Translations under genes and position numbers: made by a program
DNA from: Actinomycetota bacterium
GTDB taxonomy: Bacteria; Actinomycetota; Acidimicrobiia; IMCC26256; VFJJ01
Reading direction: 5' to 3'
Length of the DNA stretch: 64,000 bases
Assembly: GCA_009886115.1 (NCBI GenBank)
Contig: VFJJ01000045.1
Span: 2,224-66,223 of the forward strand
Shown here: positions 11,673 to 21,960 of the stretch, in pieces
How the letters are laid out: each line of letters starts with the position of its first letter
Numbering within the stretch: the first letter of the stretch is position 1
Notes under the pieces: generated by a model
The model's database searches: none
What the model was told of the DNA's origin: nothing
What the model saw: the letters and a program-made list of their open reading frames with translations, nothing else

Positions 11673-12860
11673 TCAATGCCTTCTTTTCTCCCGCGGCATC
11701 TTGAGGCCCACCATGGCGATGATGTCGCGCTGGATCTCGTTCGTGCCGCCACCGAAGGTCTGCACCCAGCACGTGCGATACATGCCCTCGATCTGCGCCT
11801 GCAGCACGGCGCCAGGCGATTCGTCGGTGAGGTACCCGGCTGAGCCGATGATCTCGAGCATGTGCTTCCACGACTCTGCGAAGAACTCCGAGCCGAAGAC
11901 CTTGGTCGCCGATGCGTCGGCCGGGTTCAGCTCGCCCGAGGTGATGCTCCAGGCGACCTTCCAGTTGATGAGCCGGAGGAACTCGACCTTGGCCCTGATG
12001 GTGGCCAACTTGATCTGCACCCATTCCTGGTCGATCACCCGACGACCGTCGGCGAGACGGGTGTCCTTCGCCCACTGCACCACGTTGTCGAGGGTCTGGT
12101 TCACCCCGCCGGCAGGCGAGAGCCCCACCCGCTCGTGGTTGAGCTGGTTGGTGATGAGGCCCCATCCACCGTTCACCTCGCCGACGCGGAGCGAGTCGGG
12201 GATGCGCACGTCGTCGTAGAACGTGGAGGTCGTGTGGGCCCGGCCCATGGTGATGAACGGCTGGATCTTGAAGCCGGGCGTGTTCGTGGGCATGAGGAAC
12301 ATGGTGATGCCCTTGTGGGCGGGGGCGTCAGGGTCGGTGCGGGCTGCGAGCCAGACGTAGTCGGCGTCCCATGCCAGCGACGTGAACTGCTTCTGCCCGT
12401 TGACGACCCACTCGTCGCCATCGCGGACGGCCTTGGTCTGCAATGCCGCCAGGTCGGTGCCGGCGTTGGGTTCGGAGTACCCGATCGAGAAGTGCATCTC
12501 GCCGGCGAGGATCTTGGGTAAGAAGAACGCCTTCTGCTCCTCGTTGCCGAAATGACCGACGGTCGGGCCGACGGTGTTGATGGTGAGGAAGGGGACCGGA
12601 GCCCCGGCGGCCATCGCCTCGTCGAAGAAGATGTACTGCTCGACCGGGGTCTTCTCCTGGCCGCCGAACTCCTTCTTCCAGCCGATGCCCAGCCACCCGT
12701 CGGCGCCCATCTGGCGCACGACCTCCCGGTATGCCGGGTTGGGCGCAGTTCGCTCGCCGCCTCGCAACGACTGCTTGCGCTCGGGTGTCATGAGGTTGCC
12801 GAAGTAGGTGCGCAGCTCGGTCCGCAGAGCTTCCTGCTCGGGCGTGAGGTCGATGAACAT
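11673..12860 (-). CDS. acyl-CoA dehydrogenase
   Basis: MFIDLTPEQEALR..., GWLGIGWKKEFGG, FSIGYSEPNAGTDLAAL, WVQTFGGGTNEIQRDIIA. Only the last 396 codons of track ORF 11673..14192 look like real protein; the rest runs antisense to the P450 gene. Confidence 0.9.
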   Translation of the reverse strand: MFIDLTPEQEALRTELRTYFGNLMTPERKQSLRGGERTAPNPAYREVVRQMGADGWLGIGWKKEFGGQEKTPVEQYIFFDEAMAAGAPVPFLTINTVGPTVGHFGNEEQKAFFLPKILAGEMHFSIGYSEPNAGTDLAALQTKAVRDGDEWVVNGQKQFTSLAWDADYVWLAARTDPDAPAHKGITMFLMPTNTPGFKIQPFITMGRAHTTSTFYDDVRIPDSLRVGEVNGGWGLITNQLNHERVGLSPAGGVNQTLDNVVQWAKDTRLADGRRVIDQEWVQIKLATIRAKVEFLRLINWKVAWSITSGELNPADASATKVFGSEFFAESWKHMLEIIGSAGYLTDESPGAVLQAQIEGMYRTCWVQTFGGGTNEIQRDIIAMVGLKMPREKRRH

Positions 12861-13064
12861 GCGGCTCCCCGGAGACGGTGGAACGTGTTCCAGACAGCTT
12901 GCCAGCTCCCGGACCTCGGAGGCACACACGGCACCCGCGCCGCTCGGACGCCGCTCGGTGCCCGGCGCTGTGGACGGCGCTGTGGACGGCGCGCCCGACC
13001 GCGTGATCGCATGGCCCCGTCGTCTCGGACACGCCGGGCGCTTCGATCGAAGGGATGCCGAGGG

Positions 13065-14291
13065 ATGAGCGAAGCGGATGTCGACCTCCTCGATCCGGCG
13101 AGCTATCGCGACGGGCCGCCCCATGCGCTCTTCGACCAGCTCCGCCAGAACGATCCCGTCCACTGGCTGGACGAGCTCGACGGTCCCGGATACTGGCTGC
13201 TCACGCGCCACCGCGACGTGTTGGCGGTATCGCAGGCGTGGGAGGTCTTCTCGTCGGAAGCTCGTGGCTCGATGCTCTACGAGATGGACGCCGACGACCT
13301 GGCGGTGCATCGCCAGCTGCTCGTGGGCATGGACCCGCCCCGCCACACCCGCTACCGGTTGCTGGTGAATCGGGCGTTCACCCCGAAAGCCATCAGGGCG
13401 CTGCACGACGACATCGACCGCCTCGCCGGCGAGATCGTGATGTCCGCGATCGCGAAGGCGTCGGCCGACGAGCGCGGCGAGTGCGACCTCGTGGCCGACA
13501 TCGCCGCCAGGCTCCCGGTTGCGGTGGTATCGGGAATCCTCGGCATCCCCGCCGAGGATCGGGCCCATGTGGTCGGGCTGGTCTCGGCGATGATGGCCCT
13601 GCCGCAGCTGGGCGCTGAGCCGACGTCCTTCAACGACGCCATGGCTGCGGTGTGCGCGTACGGCCGTGGGCTGTTCGCCGAGCGTCGCCGGCATCCGGCC
13701 GACGACGTGGCCGGTCGCCTCGTGGCCGCCGAGATCGACGGTGACCGGCTCGACGACGACGAGCTCGAGCACTTCCTGGTGATCCTCGTGACAGCGGCGA
13801 CCGACACCACCGCGCACGGCATCACCAACGGGATGCTGGCCCTGCTCGAGAACCCGGCCGAGCTCGCTCGTCTCCGCGGCGACATCACGTTGGTGGGGCC
13901 GGCGGTGGAGGAGATGCTGCGTTGGGGCACGCCCACCATGTACTTCCGACGCACGGCCACGGCCGACGCCGTCATCGGAGACACCCGGGTCCGTCGGGGC
14001 GACAAGATCGTGATGGCCTACACCGCAGCCAACCGAGACCCCGACGTGTTCGCCGATCCCCATCGGTTCTCGATCGATCGTGATCCCAACCCGCACGTCT
14101 CGTTCGGGGCGCCCGGCCCGCACATCTGCCTCGGGTCGGGGCTGGCCCGGGCTGAGATCGCGGCGGCCGTCCGCCATCTGGTCATCGACCATCCCGGCCT
14201 GTGCATCGCCGGCTCACCCGAGCGCCTGGCATCGAACATGCTCAACGGGTTGGTGCGGCTCCCGATCGCGTTTGGCGAGCGCTCGCGGTGA
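13065..14291 (+). CDS. cytochrome P450
   Basis: Heme-thiolate loop FGAPGPHICLGSGLA, ExxR in AVEEMLRW, I-helix AATDTT. Start at ATG 13065 within track ORF 12552..14291. Confidence 0.92.
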   Translation: MSEADVDLLDPASYRDGPPHALFDQLRQNDPVHWLDELDGPGYWLLTRHRDVLAVSQAWEVFSSEARGSMLYEMDADDLAVHRQLLVGMDPPRHTRYRLLVNRAFTPKAIRALHDDIDRLAGEIVMSAIAKASADERGECDLVADIAARLPVAVVSGILGIPAEDRAHVVGLVSAMMALPQLGAEPTSFNDAMAAVCAYGRGLFAERRRHPADDVAGRLVAAEIDGDRLDDDELEHFLVILVTAATDTTAHGITNGMLALLENPAELARLRGDITLVGPAVEEMLRWGTPTMYFRRTATADAVIGDTRVRRGDKIVMAYTAANRDPDVFADPHRFSIDRDPNPHVSFGAPGPHICLGSGLARAEIAAAVRHLVIDHPGLCIAGSPERLASNMLNGLVRLPIAFGERSR

Positions 14292-14333
14292 CGACGACAG
14301 CTCACGAGCTCGGCTGACGGTAGCGAGTGGCGC

Positions 14334-16046
14334 TCAGATCGCGGCGTGGCGGGCGCCTATCGCTCCCCAGACCAGGCCGCGGAGGATGGCGATCCCGCTC
14401 TGGTAGCCGGCGCCGATGTCGAGGTGCGCAGCGGCGTTGCCGGCTGCGTAGAGGCCGGGGATGGGCTGGCCCGAGACGTGCACCACCCGAGCCGACGCGT
14501 CGGTGCGCAACCCGGCCGCATTGATGCCACCCGAGACCGGAGCCAGCCGGAGGCCGACGAACGGCGGCTGCTCGATGGAGCCCAGGTTGGGGTTGGGCGA
14601 GTGGCCGAGGTCGCCGGCCATGGCGTGCGCCCAGGGAACCCGACCCCGCCCGAAGTCGTCGTCGATCCCGGTGGCCGCAAGGCCGTTGAACCGGGCCACC
14701 GTGGCGCAGAGCGCGTCGGGATCGATACCGAGTGCGAGGGCCAGACCGTCGATCGTCGAGCTGCTCACGGCCACCGACTCGGGAAGCGCGGCGCCCGGGG
14801 GGAAACCGGCGAGGGGGTAGCGGCTGCGGTGCTGATCGTCGACGATCAAGAACATGGGGAGGTTCGTGTAGCGCTGCCGGGTGCCGTCCCACGCCCGGGC
14901 CCGAGGCAGCAGGTCCTTGTAGAACGACTCGTCGGCGAAACGCTGGCCTTGGTCGTTGACGAGCAGCGCATGGGGGAGCCCGGCCTCGAAGCCGGCGCTG
15001 CGCCACAGCGGTGCACCCTCGTTCTCCTCGCCCGGGACATGGATCCCGTAGAGAGCCGACAGGTTCATCGGTGGGACGGCCGCCACCGCAGCCCCGACCG
15101 CCCCGGCGATCGCGATGTGGTCGCCGGTGATCGACGGCGGGCACAGCGAGTGCCACTCGGTGAGATGCTCGAACCACCGGGTCAGCTCGGTGTTCCAGTC
15201 GTAGCCACCGGTGGCCAACAGCACACCCCGGCGGGCCTCGACCCGTATCCCGGGGCGATCCTGGCCACCCCCGCTGCCGATGATGGCGCCCGTCACCCGC
15301 GGGCCGTCGGTCGTCAGCGAGGTGAGCGGAGCGTCGAGCCAGACGTCGACCCGGCGCTCGATGAGGGCCGCTCGGGCCAGGGCCCGCACGAGCCCCGGCC
15401 CCAATGTGTGCTCGCCCCGGGCCATGCGCTCGACCGCGAGCCCCATGTCCCAGTTGTGCGTGGCTGCGAGGCCACCCCACTCGAGCATCTCGCCGTTGGT
15501 GAGCGGGAGCGGCGCGTGCGGCGAGGTCCTGACGAATGGCGCCCACGACCCCAACGTGGAATCGGCGATCGGGTCGACCTCGAGGTAGCGGCCGGTGCCG
15601 ACCGTGCCCGGAACCGTCGGCCAGTGATAGTCGGGCAGGCCCTCGATGACCCGCCAGGGAACGCCGGCCTGCAGCCCGAGGTAGCGCACCACCTCGGGTG
15701 CCGTGTCGAGGAGCATCCTGCCCAAGGCCGGATCGCCGAAGCCGCCGCCGAGGAACTCGAGATAGGCGAACGCGTCGGCGGTGTCGACACCGGCGTCGGT
15801 GGCATGTGAGTTGGCGTCCATGTGGTTGTCGGGTACCCACACCTGGCCGTACGAATACGCGGTGACGCCCCCGAGCAACGCGGCCTTGTCGACCACGAGG
15901 ACCTCGAGGCCGAGATCGGCGGCCACGATTGCCGCGCTGAGGCCGCCGGCACCGCTTCCAGCAATGAGGAGGTCGACCGAACGGGTGGTGGGAACCGACG
16001 GTCGGCCAGGTCCCCCGAGTCCGGCCCCTGGCCCGTGGGTGGTCAC
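14334..16046 (-). CDS. FAD-dependent oxidoreductase (3-ketosteroid dehydrogenase / fumarate-reductase flavoprotein-like)
   Basis: N-terminal dinucleotide fold VDLLIAGSGAGGLSAAI...VLVVDK and a C-terminal GLYAAGN motif. The GTG start overlaps the stop of the upstream ADH gene (GTGA at 16043-16046). Confidence 0.8.
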   Translation of the reverse strand: MTTHGPGAGLGGPGRPSVPTTRSVDLLIAGSGAGGLSAAIVAADLGLEVLVVDKAALLGGVTAYSYGQVWVPDNHMDANSHATDAGVDTADAFAYLEFLGGGFGDPALGRMLLDTAPEVVRYLGLQAGVPWRVIEGLPDYHWPTVPGTVGTGRYLEVDPIADSTLGSWAPFVRTSPHAPLPLTNGEMLEWGGLAATHNWDMGLAVERMARGEHTLGPGLVRALARAALIERRVDVWLDAPLTSLTTDGPRVTGAIIGSGGGQDRPGIRVEARRGVLLATGGYDWNTELTRWFEHLTEWHSLCPPSITGDHIAIAGAVGAAVAAVPPMNLSALYGIHVPGEENEGAPLWRSAGFEAGLPHALLVNDQGQRFADESFYKDLLPRARAWDGTRQRYTNLPMFLIVDDQHRSRYPLAGFPPGAALPESVAVSSSTIDGLALALGIDPDALCATVARFNGLAATGIDDDFGRGRVPWAHAMAGDLGHSPNPNLGSIEQPPFVGLRLAPVSGGINAAGLRTDASARVVHVSGQPIPGLYAAGNAAAHLDIGAGYQSGIAILRGLVWGAIGARHAAI

Positions 16047-16981
16047 GGCTCGAGCGCGACCTTGATCGCGCCGCCAGCGCGGTCGGCAGCCGCACGGAAG
16101 GCCGCGGGGGCGTCGTCGAGCGGGAATCGATGGGTGATGATCGTCGCGGCGATATCGGGCTGGGCCGCCAGCATCGTCGCGGCATGGTCGAAGTCGCGCC
16201 CGCCCGAGTGGCGACCGTACGTGTACGGGAACACCACCCGGAGCTCCTTCATCAGCGCCATGAGCCCGGGGACGGGGACGATGCCGAAGTAGATGGCCGC
16301 GGCCAGGAGTGTGCCTCCGGGTGCCGCGAGCCCCGCCGCGGCCACCAACCCCTCCGCCGTCGTGGCCGCGTCGATCACCAGATCGTGCTCACCCGAAGCG
16401 GCGGTGGCGCCCAGCCGTTCGCCCGCCGCCATCTGCTGCGGGTGACGGGCCAACAGCGCGACGTCGCAGCCGAGCGCCCGGGTCGCCGCGACCGCGAGCA
16501 GGCCCACGGTTCCTGCACCGACGACAGCCACGCGCATGCCGGCCTCGGCTCGGGCCAGGTGCAGCCCGTGCAGCACCACAGCCATGGGCTCGACCAGGCA
16601 GGCGTCGCCCACGGGGAATCCGGCCGGAAGCGGCACGAGACAACGCTCGGGGACGACCACGGCGTCGGCCATCCCACCGTCGAGGGCGAAGCCCAGGTTG
16701 CTCCCAGCCCCGAGCCGGCAGCGGTGGTACGCCCCCATGGTGCACTGGTCGCAGGTGCCACACGGGATGATCGGCTCGACCGCGACCGACCGCCCGTCCT
16801 CGGTGATCCCAGCGATCTCGTGGCCCAGCGTGAACGGCAGCGGGCCGGCCTGGATCATGGCCAGGTCGCTGGCGCACACCCCGGCTGCTCGGACGTTGAC
16901 GCGGACGCCGTTCTCGCGAGCTTCGGGCTCGGGAACCTCGACCACGGAAATGCCTTCGGCGGTGTTGCGAACTGCTCGCAC
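16043..16981 (-). CDS. zinc-dependent alcohol dehydrogenase (MDR family)
   Basis: GVCASD, GHEIAG, structural-zinc cluster CGTCDQC..C, NAD-binding VVGAGTVGL. Confidence 0.85.
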   Translation of the reverse strand: MRAVRNTAEGISVVEVPEPEARENGVRVNVRAAGVCASDLAMIQAGPLPFTLGHEIAGITEDGRSVAVEPIIPCGTCDQCTMGAYHRCRLGAGSNLGFALDGGMADAVVVPERCLVPLPAGFPVGDACLVEPMAVVLHGLHLARAEAGMRVAVVGAGTVGLLAVAATRALGCDVALLARHPQQMAAGERLGATAASGEHDLVIDAATTAEGLVAAAGLAAPGGTLLAAAIYFGIVPVPGLMALMKELRVVFPYTYGRHSGGRDFDHAATMLAAQPDIAATIITHRFPLDDAPAAFRAAADRAGGAIKVALEP

Positions 16982-17087
16982 GGCTGCCCCCTCGAGTCGA
17001 AGATCGACGCCGCCATCTGTTCAGCGCCAGAATCCCAGTCGAACGACCACAGTGTGTCTGCTGGTCGAACGACATGCACGGGGGATC

Positions 17088-18491
17088 ATGAGCGAGCTCG
17101 ACGCAGGTGACGCGACCGGGGTCAACCACGCGGCGGGGCCCGCAACCGCGATCGGTACCGGGCTCGACGGGCGGATCGTCGAGTGGGTCGGGGTCGAGAT
17201 CGGGGGGACGGTCATCCGGGTCGAGCGGGCGCTGGCTCGACGCGAGGCCTGGCTCGTCGACGTCGAACGGACCGACGGCTCGGTGCTCGAGTTGTTCCTG
17301 CGCCTGGCCCACGCCGGCGATCCGGCCAACAGCACCGAGGCTCTGGCCAAGGAGGCTCGGGTCGTGCAGGCGCTCGCCGGCCGTGGCATCCCCGTCCCCG
17401 CCATCCATGGCATCCTCGACGACCCGCACGTCGTGTTGTTCGAGCGCGTGGCCGGCCGTCCCGATCTCCACACCATGGCGGACGAGCAACAAGACGCCGT
17501 GTATCGCCACTATCTCGAGGTGCTCGGAGCTCTGCACTCGTTCGACGTGGCGTCGCTCGATCTGGGCGACCTGCACCGTCCGGTCGACGCGCTCGACTGT
17601 GCCATGGCCGAGGTCGACGTCCTCGCCGGGAGTGTCGCCAGCGCCGACCCCCAGCCCTTCGCCCGCTTCGGCATGGCCTGGCTGCGCCGCAACGCTCCCG
17701 AGCACGTGGAGCGCATCGCTCTGCTGCACGGTGACACCGGGATCGCCAACTTCTTGTTCGTCGACGATCGGGTGACCGCGGCGATCGACTGGGAGTGGGC
17801 CCACCTCGGCGATCCGATGGAAGACCTCGGGAGCCTGTGCATCCACGCGTCGTTCTCGCCTTCGGGCGACTGGCCGGCGCTGTTGCCGCACTACGAGAAG
17901 ACGAGCGGGATCGCCGTCGAGCTCGACAAGGTGCGCTACTACCGGGTGCACAACCTCGCTCGCTCGGTGCTGGCTCTGGCGCCCATCAGGGCTCGGCTCA
18001 ACTCCCGTGACCCGGTGGCGCTCAACCAGTGCTTCGCCATCATCTGCGACCGCCTGCTCTGCGAGGCGATCGCCGAGGCCATGGGTGTGACGCTCTCGCG
18101 CCCGGCCGTGCCCGAGCCGGCGGCCGAGACGACGCTCTACGACATCGTGGTCGAGAACCTCGAGCGTGACGTGCTCGACCACGTGGTCGGCGATTTCCCC
18201 CGGGACCGGCTCCAGATGGCGGCGCTGCTCGTGCGCACGCTCGCTCGACAGCAGGCGCTCGGACCGTGGGCCGACGCGGCCGAGCTCGACGAGCTGGAGG
18301 GCGTGCTGGGTTCGCGACCGTCCGACGTGGCCAGTGGTCGGGCCGCCCTCGACGCGCTGATCACCGCCGACGACGGCGGTCGCGACCTGGAGATCCTGCA
18401 GACCTTGGCGGCCATGGCGTACCGGACCGAGGCCATCGCCGCCCCCGTGGTCAGCCTGTTCGGCAACACGAAGCTGCGGCCCGTCGGCTGA
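17088..18491 (+). CDS. phosphotransferase (APH/choline-kinase-like) family protein
   Basis: Catalytic loop LLHGDTGIANFLF and metal-binding IDWEWAHLGDP. Start at ATG 17088 within track ORF 16536..18491. Confidence 0.8.
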   Translation: MSELDAGDATGVNHAAGPATAIGTGLDGRIVEWVGVEIGGTVIRVERALARREAWLVDVERTDGSVLELFLRLAHAGDPANSTEALAKEARVVQALAGRGIPVPAIHGILDDPHVVLFERVAGRPDLHTMADEQQDAVYRHYLEVLGALHSFDVASLDLGDLHRPVDALDCAMAEVDVLAGSVASADPQPFARFGMAWLRRNAPEHVERIALLHGDTGIANFLFVDDRVTAAIDWEWAHLGDPMEDLGSLCIHASFSPSGDWPALLPHYEKTSGIAVELDKVRYYRVHNLARSVLALAPIRARLNSRDPVALNQCFAIICDRLLCEAIAEAMGVTLSRPAVPEPAAETTLYDIVVENLERDVLDHVVGDFPRDRLQMAALLVRTLARQQALGPWADAAELDELEGVLGSRPSDVASGRAALDALITADDGGRDLEILQTLAAMAYRTEAIAAPVVSLFGNTKLRPVG

Positions 18492-18513
18492 CGGCGCGTC
18501 CGGCGCGCTCGCG

Positions 18514-19524
18514 TCACTCGTCGAGGGGCCAGCCGGGGGCGAAACCAGGCTCGATCGTGAAACCGAGCAACGCGTCGTGGTCGGGTGGGCAGGCGAAGAT
18601 CTCCACCGAGCACCCCTGATCGTCGCGGAGGTAGGTGGACGCGAACGGTCCCGGCGGACACTCGACGGTCGCCCGATAGCCGGCGGCGAGCACTCGTTCC
18701 AGCAGCGTGTCGAAGCGGTCCCGATCCCTGAACGCCAGGGCCACGTTGAGCAGGCCCTGATCGCAGAGACGCTGATCGGCCGGGGGTGCCGCGCCGACGG
18801 GGTCGTCGTAGCGGACGACCTCGATGGCGACGTCGACCCCGCGTGCGACGAACTGCTCGCGGTGAGCGCCCTCGAGACCCCAGAGCGCTTCGTGGTGCGG
18901 TTGGTGCAACGCGGCGGGGTCGAGGGGCGTCAGCCCGCACGTGTCGACCCAGAACCGTCGGGCCCTGTCGAGGTCGGCCACCGACACGGTGACCGAGCGC
19001 ACCGCCGGACGCGGCCGATCGCCGTTCCCGGTCACGCCACCGTCTCCGATGATCTCGACCACGACACCGTCGGGATCGCGCAGCGCACAGCGCCGAACCC
19101 TGTCGGTGCCGTCGGTGCCGTCGGTGCCGTCGGTCAGGACCGGCCCCAGTGGGAGATGTCCGGCGGCCGCGGCCCGGGCCAGCACGGCGTCGAGGTCGGC
19201 GACCCCGATGGCGACGCGGGCCCAACCGAGATCACAGGGACGCCAGGTCGACGGGCGCTCCCGACCGATGGGCAGCGTGTGGTGGAAGAACTCGAGCTGC
19301 ACGAACTCCTGCCCCCCGAGCGCCCACCACAGGGTCGCCGCCGCGTCGTCTCCCAGCTCCTGGACGACCGAGAGGCCCGGTCCCCACAGCAGCCGTCCGC
19401 CGGCTCGCCGGAACCCGAGGACCTCGGTGTAGAAGCGGCAGGCCCGAGGCAGGTCGCGCACCGCCCACGCCACCTGGGCAAGATGCGGCTCGCTCGCGGG
19501 ACGGACGACGGGATCGGGCGCCAT
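18514..19524 (-). CDS. two-module VOC (glyoxalase/bleomycin-resistance/dioxygenase) family protein
   Basis: Two repeats of the VOC pattern (VRDL.RA.RFY..VLGF ... and VADLDRARRFWVDTCGL ...). Contains a TDGTDGTDGTD insert encoded by a 9-nt repeat near 19102-19135. Confidence 0.7.
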   Translation of the reverse strand: MAPDPVVRPASEPHLAQVAWAVRDLPRACRFYTEVLGFRRAGGRLLWGPGLSVVQELGDDAAATLWWALGGQEFVQLEFFHHTLPIGRERPSTWRPCDLGWARVAIGVADLDAVLARAAAAGHLPLGPVLTDGTDGTDGTDRVRRCALRDPDGVVVEIIGDGGVTGNGDRPRPAVRSVTVSVADLDRARRFWVDTCGLTPLDPAALHQPHHEALWGLEGAHREQFVARGVDVAIEVVRYDDPVGAAPPADQRLCDQGLLNVALAFRDRDRFDTLLERVLAAGYRATVECPPGPFASTYLRDDQGCSVEIFACPPDHDALLGFTIEPGFAPGWPLDE

Positions 19525-19535
19525 GGTCGATCGGC

Positions 19536-19868
19536 TCAGGGTCGATCGAGGAAGCGGCTGGGACCCCAGGCCTGGAGCGCCGAGGAGGTGACCACGGCGT
19601 CCCAGGACGGGTCGAGCGCCGGGAGCGACCGGGCGAGATCGAGCACGCGGTCCCAGACCGGAGCGCCGTAGAGCACAGTGACGATGGAGCCGTGCACGGC
19701 TCCGAGCCACATGAGCGGAACCCATGCGGAGCCGGCGATCGCCGGTCGTACGACGTCGCCGACCCAGGCCAGGGCGTCGGCCTGGGCTCCAGCGCGCACG
19801 CGGATCACCTGCTGCACCACGCACGGACGGGGCTCGCTCCCACACCGACCACAACTCTGCGGCACCAC
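19536..19868 (-). CDS. hypothetical protein
   Basis: The 110-aa ORF has a non-repetitive, hydrophobic/polar pattern. The third codon position is almost entirely G/C in this frame, read by eye. I recognise no family and the start is uncertain. Confidence 0.45.
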   Translation of the reverse strand: MVPQSCGRCGSEPRPCVVQQVIRVRAGAQADALAWVGDVVRPAIAGSAWVPLMWLGAVHGSIVTVLYGAPVWDRVLDLARSLPALDPSWDAVVTSSALQAWGPSRFLDRP

Positions 19869-19928
19869 CGATGGGCTCGCGGTCGGACGTCCTTGCCATG
19901 TCGGTGAACCTCGTGGCCAAGCTCCCGT

Positions 19929-20372
19929 TCAGACATAGATCCTCGGGCCCCGGGCCTGATTGGCCTTGTAGGCCGACCCGCCACCCACGACCACGGCGGC
20001 GTACATGACCTTGCGCTTGAACCAGCCGGCGCCCTCGGAGACCAGGACGGCCCGGAACACGGTGTCGCCGTGCGCTTTGGAGGTACCTCGCTCGCAGTAC
20101 AGCCAGTCGTGGATGATGCCGCCCCAGCGTTGCGGGTCGTCCCACGGCTTCCAGCCGGTGAGCTTCTGGGCCCAGCCCGGCACCGATGCGCCGTCGGTCG
20201 TGAACCCGTTCGGGATCTCGATGCGCCGACCATCGCTGACCTCGACCACGAGCCGGCCACCGAGGATCCAGAACCGCTGGTCGCCGGTCAGCACGGTTTG
20301 ACCAAACGCTTGTTTGACACGGTCGACCCGGTCGAAGCGCTCAGGCCGTTCCACGATCGTCGCTGAGAGCAT
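19929..20372 (-). CDS. DUF1353 domain protein
   Basis: IPNGFTTDGASVP...W....IIHDWLY matches the DUF1353 signature from memory. Confidence 0.65.
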   Translation of the reverse strand: MLSATIVERPERFDRVDRVKQAFGQTVLTGDQRFWILGGRLVVEVSDGRRIEIPNGFTTDGASVPGWAQKLTGWKPWDDPQRWGGIIHDWLYCERGTSKAHGDTVFRAVLVSEGAGWFKRKVMYAAVVVGGGSAYKANQARGPRIYV

Positions 20373-20431
20373 GTCGTCCCCCTCACCCCCTCACCAGATT
20401 GCGTGGCTCAACGGCAGGCTACGCCCGTTCC

Positions 20432-20731
20432 TCACAGCGCTCGGACGATCGCCGTCGCTACAGCGCCGACCACGACCACGGTGAGGAAGCTGCGACGCGC
20501 CAGCACGGCGACGGCTGCGGCGCCCAGGCCCGCGACCCGGGCGTCGATCGTGAGGTGGCGCCCGTCGGCGAAGGTCTGGACGGCGATGAGCGCAGCGAGC
20601 AGTGCGGCGGGGATGAGCGTGAACGCCGAACGAGCTCGCTCCGGAACGGCCCGACCGCCGAAACCGAGCAGGCCCATGGCCTTGAGGGCATACGAGCCGA
20701 CGGCCAGGGCGAAGATCGCGGGCCAGGTCAT
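20432..20731 (-). CDS. azlD: AzlD-like branched-chain amino acid transport protein
   Basis: A 99-aa hydrophobic protein, MTWPAIFALAVGSYALKAMGL.... Its ATG overlaps the azlC stop (ATGA at 20728-20731). Confidence 0.75.
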   Translation of the reverse strand: MTWPAIFALAVGSYALKAMGLLGFGGRAVPERARSAFTLIPAALLAALIAVQTFADGRHLTIDARVAGLGAAAVAVLARRSFLTVVVVGAVATAIVRAL

Positions 20732-21423
20732 GGCGACCGCCGGGCGAGACGTGCCCTGACGACCATCCCCGGGATGATCGCCGCCGAGGCGACCAGGACG
20801 GGGAGCCCAGCCGGGACGATCGACACGAGCGCCAGGGCGATCACCGTGGCGAGCGCCGCCGCGGTCTGACCCCCGCGGTCGCGCACGTGGGTCACGATCA
20901 GGGCCAGGAACCCGCACGGGAACGCGGCATCGAGCCCGTACCGCGTCGGATCGCCGATGCCGTTGCCCACGAGGGCCCCGGCCAGCGTGCCGAGGTTCCA
21001 GAACACGTAGACCCCCAGGCCCGCGGCCCAGAAGGCCGCGCGCGCGTCGGTGGGGTTGCCCTGGGCCGTCGCCATGGCCGTCGACTCGTCGATCATCACC
21101 TGCGCGGCCACGGCTCGGGTCGTCCGCCGCGAGCCGCTGAAGATCGGCCCCAGAGCCACGCCGTAGGCGAGATGGCGAGCTCCGAGCAGGAGCGCCGAGC
21201 CCACGGCCGCACTCGGGTCGCTCCCGGCTGCGGTGAGGCCGATCGCTGCGAACTGCGAGGCCCCCGTGAACACCAGCAACGACATGGCGCAGGCCTGCAA
21301 CACCGTGAGCCCGCTGCTCACGGCCAGCACGCCGAAGCTCACCCCGAACACCCCCACTGCAGCCGACAGGACGAGCGCATCGCGGACAGGGGGCGCCTGG
21401 AGCCGGTTCCAACGGGCATGCAT
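20728..21423 (-). CDS. azlC: AzlC-family branched-chain amino acid permease component
   Basis: VFGVSFGVLAV..GL...A..MSLLVFTGASQFA and MIDES are the typical AzlC pattern. It is coupled to azlD. Confidence 0.8.
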   Translation of the reverse strand: MHARWNRLQAPPVRDALVLSAAVGVFGVSFGVLAVSSGLTVLQACAMSLLVFTGASQFAAIGLTAAGSDPSAAVGSALLLGARHLAYGVALGPIFSGSRRTTRAVAAQVMIDESTAMATAQGNPTDARAAFWAAGLGVYVFWNLGTLAGALVGNGIGDPTRYGLDAAFPCGFLALIVTHVRDRGGQTAAALATVIALALVSIVPAGLPVLVASAAIIPGMVVRARLARRSP

Positions 21424-21451
21424 GAGCTTCCGACGCTACCTTCGGGCCCTC

Positions 21452-21955
21452 ATGGAACACGTTCTGGAACCCGCGGCGATCCTCGTGGCCGAGTCTGGTG
21501 TCGGCCGTCTCGTGGCCCGGTACTGCGATGCGGTGGCCCGGTTCGATCGAGAGCTGTTCGCTTCGCTGTGGACGCCCGATGCCGTGTGGGCCACGACCCG
21601 CGGCGACATCGTCGGGCGAGAGCGCATCACGGCCACGTACGTGAAGCTCCGGTCGGGCTACGAGCTCTCGATCCAGTCGCTGCTGTCGGGGACGGTCGAC
21701 ATCGCGCCCGACGGGCGATCGGCCCGGGCCCGCTGGCAGATCCGCGAGATCGGTCGAACCACCAGCGGCGAGGGGTTGGAGCTCTACGGCGTGTACACCG
21801 ACGACTGCGTCCCGGCCGTCGACGACCCCGCCGTCGACCCGGCCGTCGACGACTCCGACACCCGGCGGTGGCAGTTCGCCCGGCGGCGGTTCGACCCGCT
21901 CTACCGGGGCGCGATCGCGCTCACCGGTGACGCCACCGCGTTTCCGCGGAGCTGA
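21452..21955 (+). CDS. SnoaL-like / NTF2-fold protein
   Basis: A roughly 167-aa protein with IARYCDAVARFDRELFASLWTPDAVW.... Start at ATG 21452 within track ORF 21233..21955. The fold assignment is from memory. Confidence 0.55.
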   Translation: MEHVLEPAAILVAESGVGRLVARYCDAVARFDRELFASLWTPDAVWATTRGDIVGRERITATYVKLRSGYELSIQSLLSGTVDIAPDGRSARARWQIREIGRTTSGEGLELYGVYTDDCVPAVDDPAVDPAVDDSDTRRWQFARRRFDPLYRGAIALTGDATAFPRS

Positions 21956-21960
21956 GCGTC

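Noticed and set aside
14302-16185. 627-aa minus-strand ORF and 487-aa plus-strand ORF (14346..15809) overlapping the flavoprotein gene
   Set aside because: These are alternative frames of the same GC-rich DNA. Only frame 14334..16046 gives the GSGAGG dinucleotide fold and the GLYAAGN motif.
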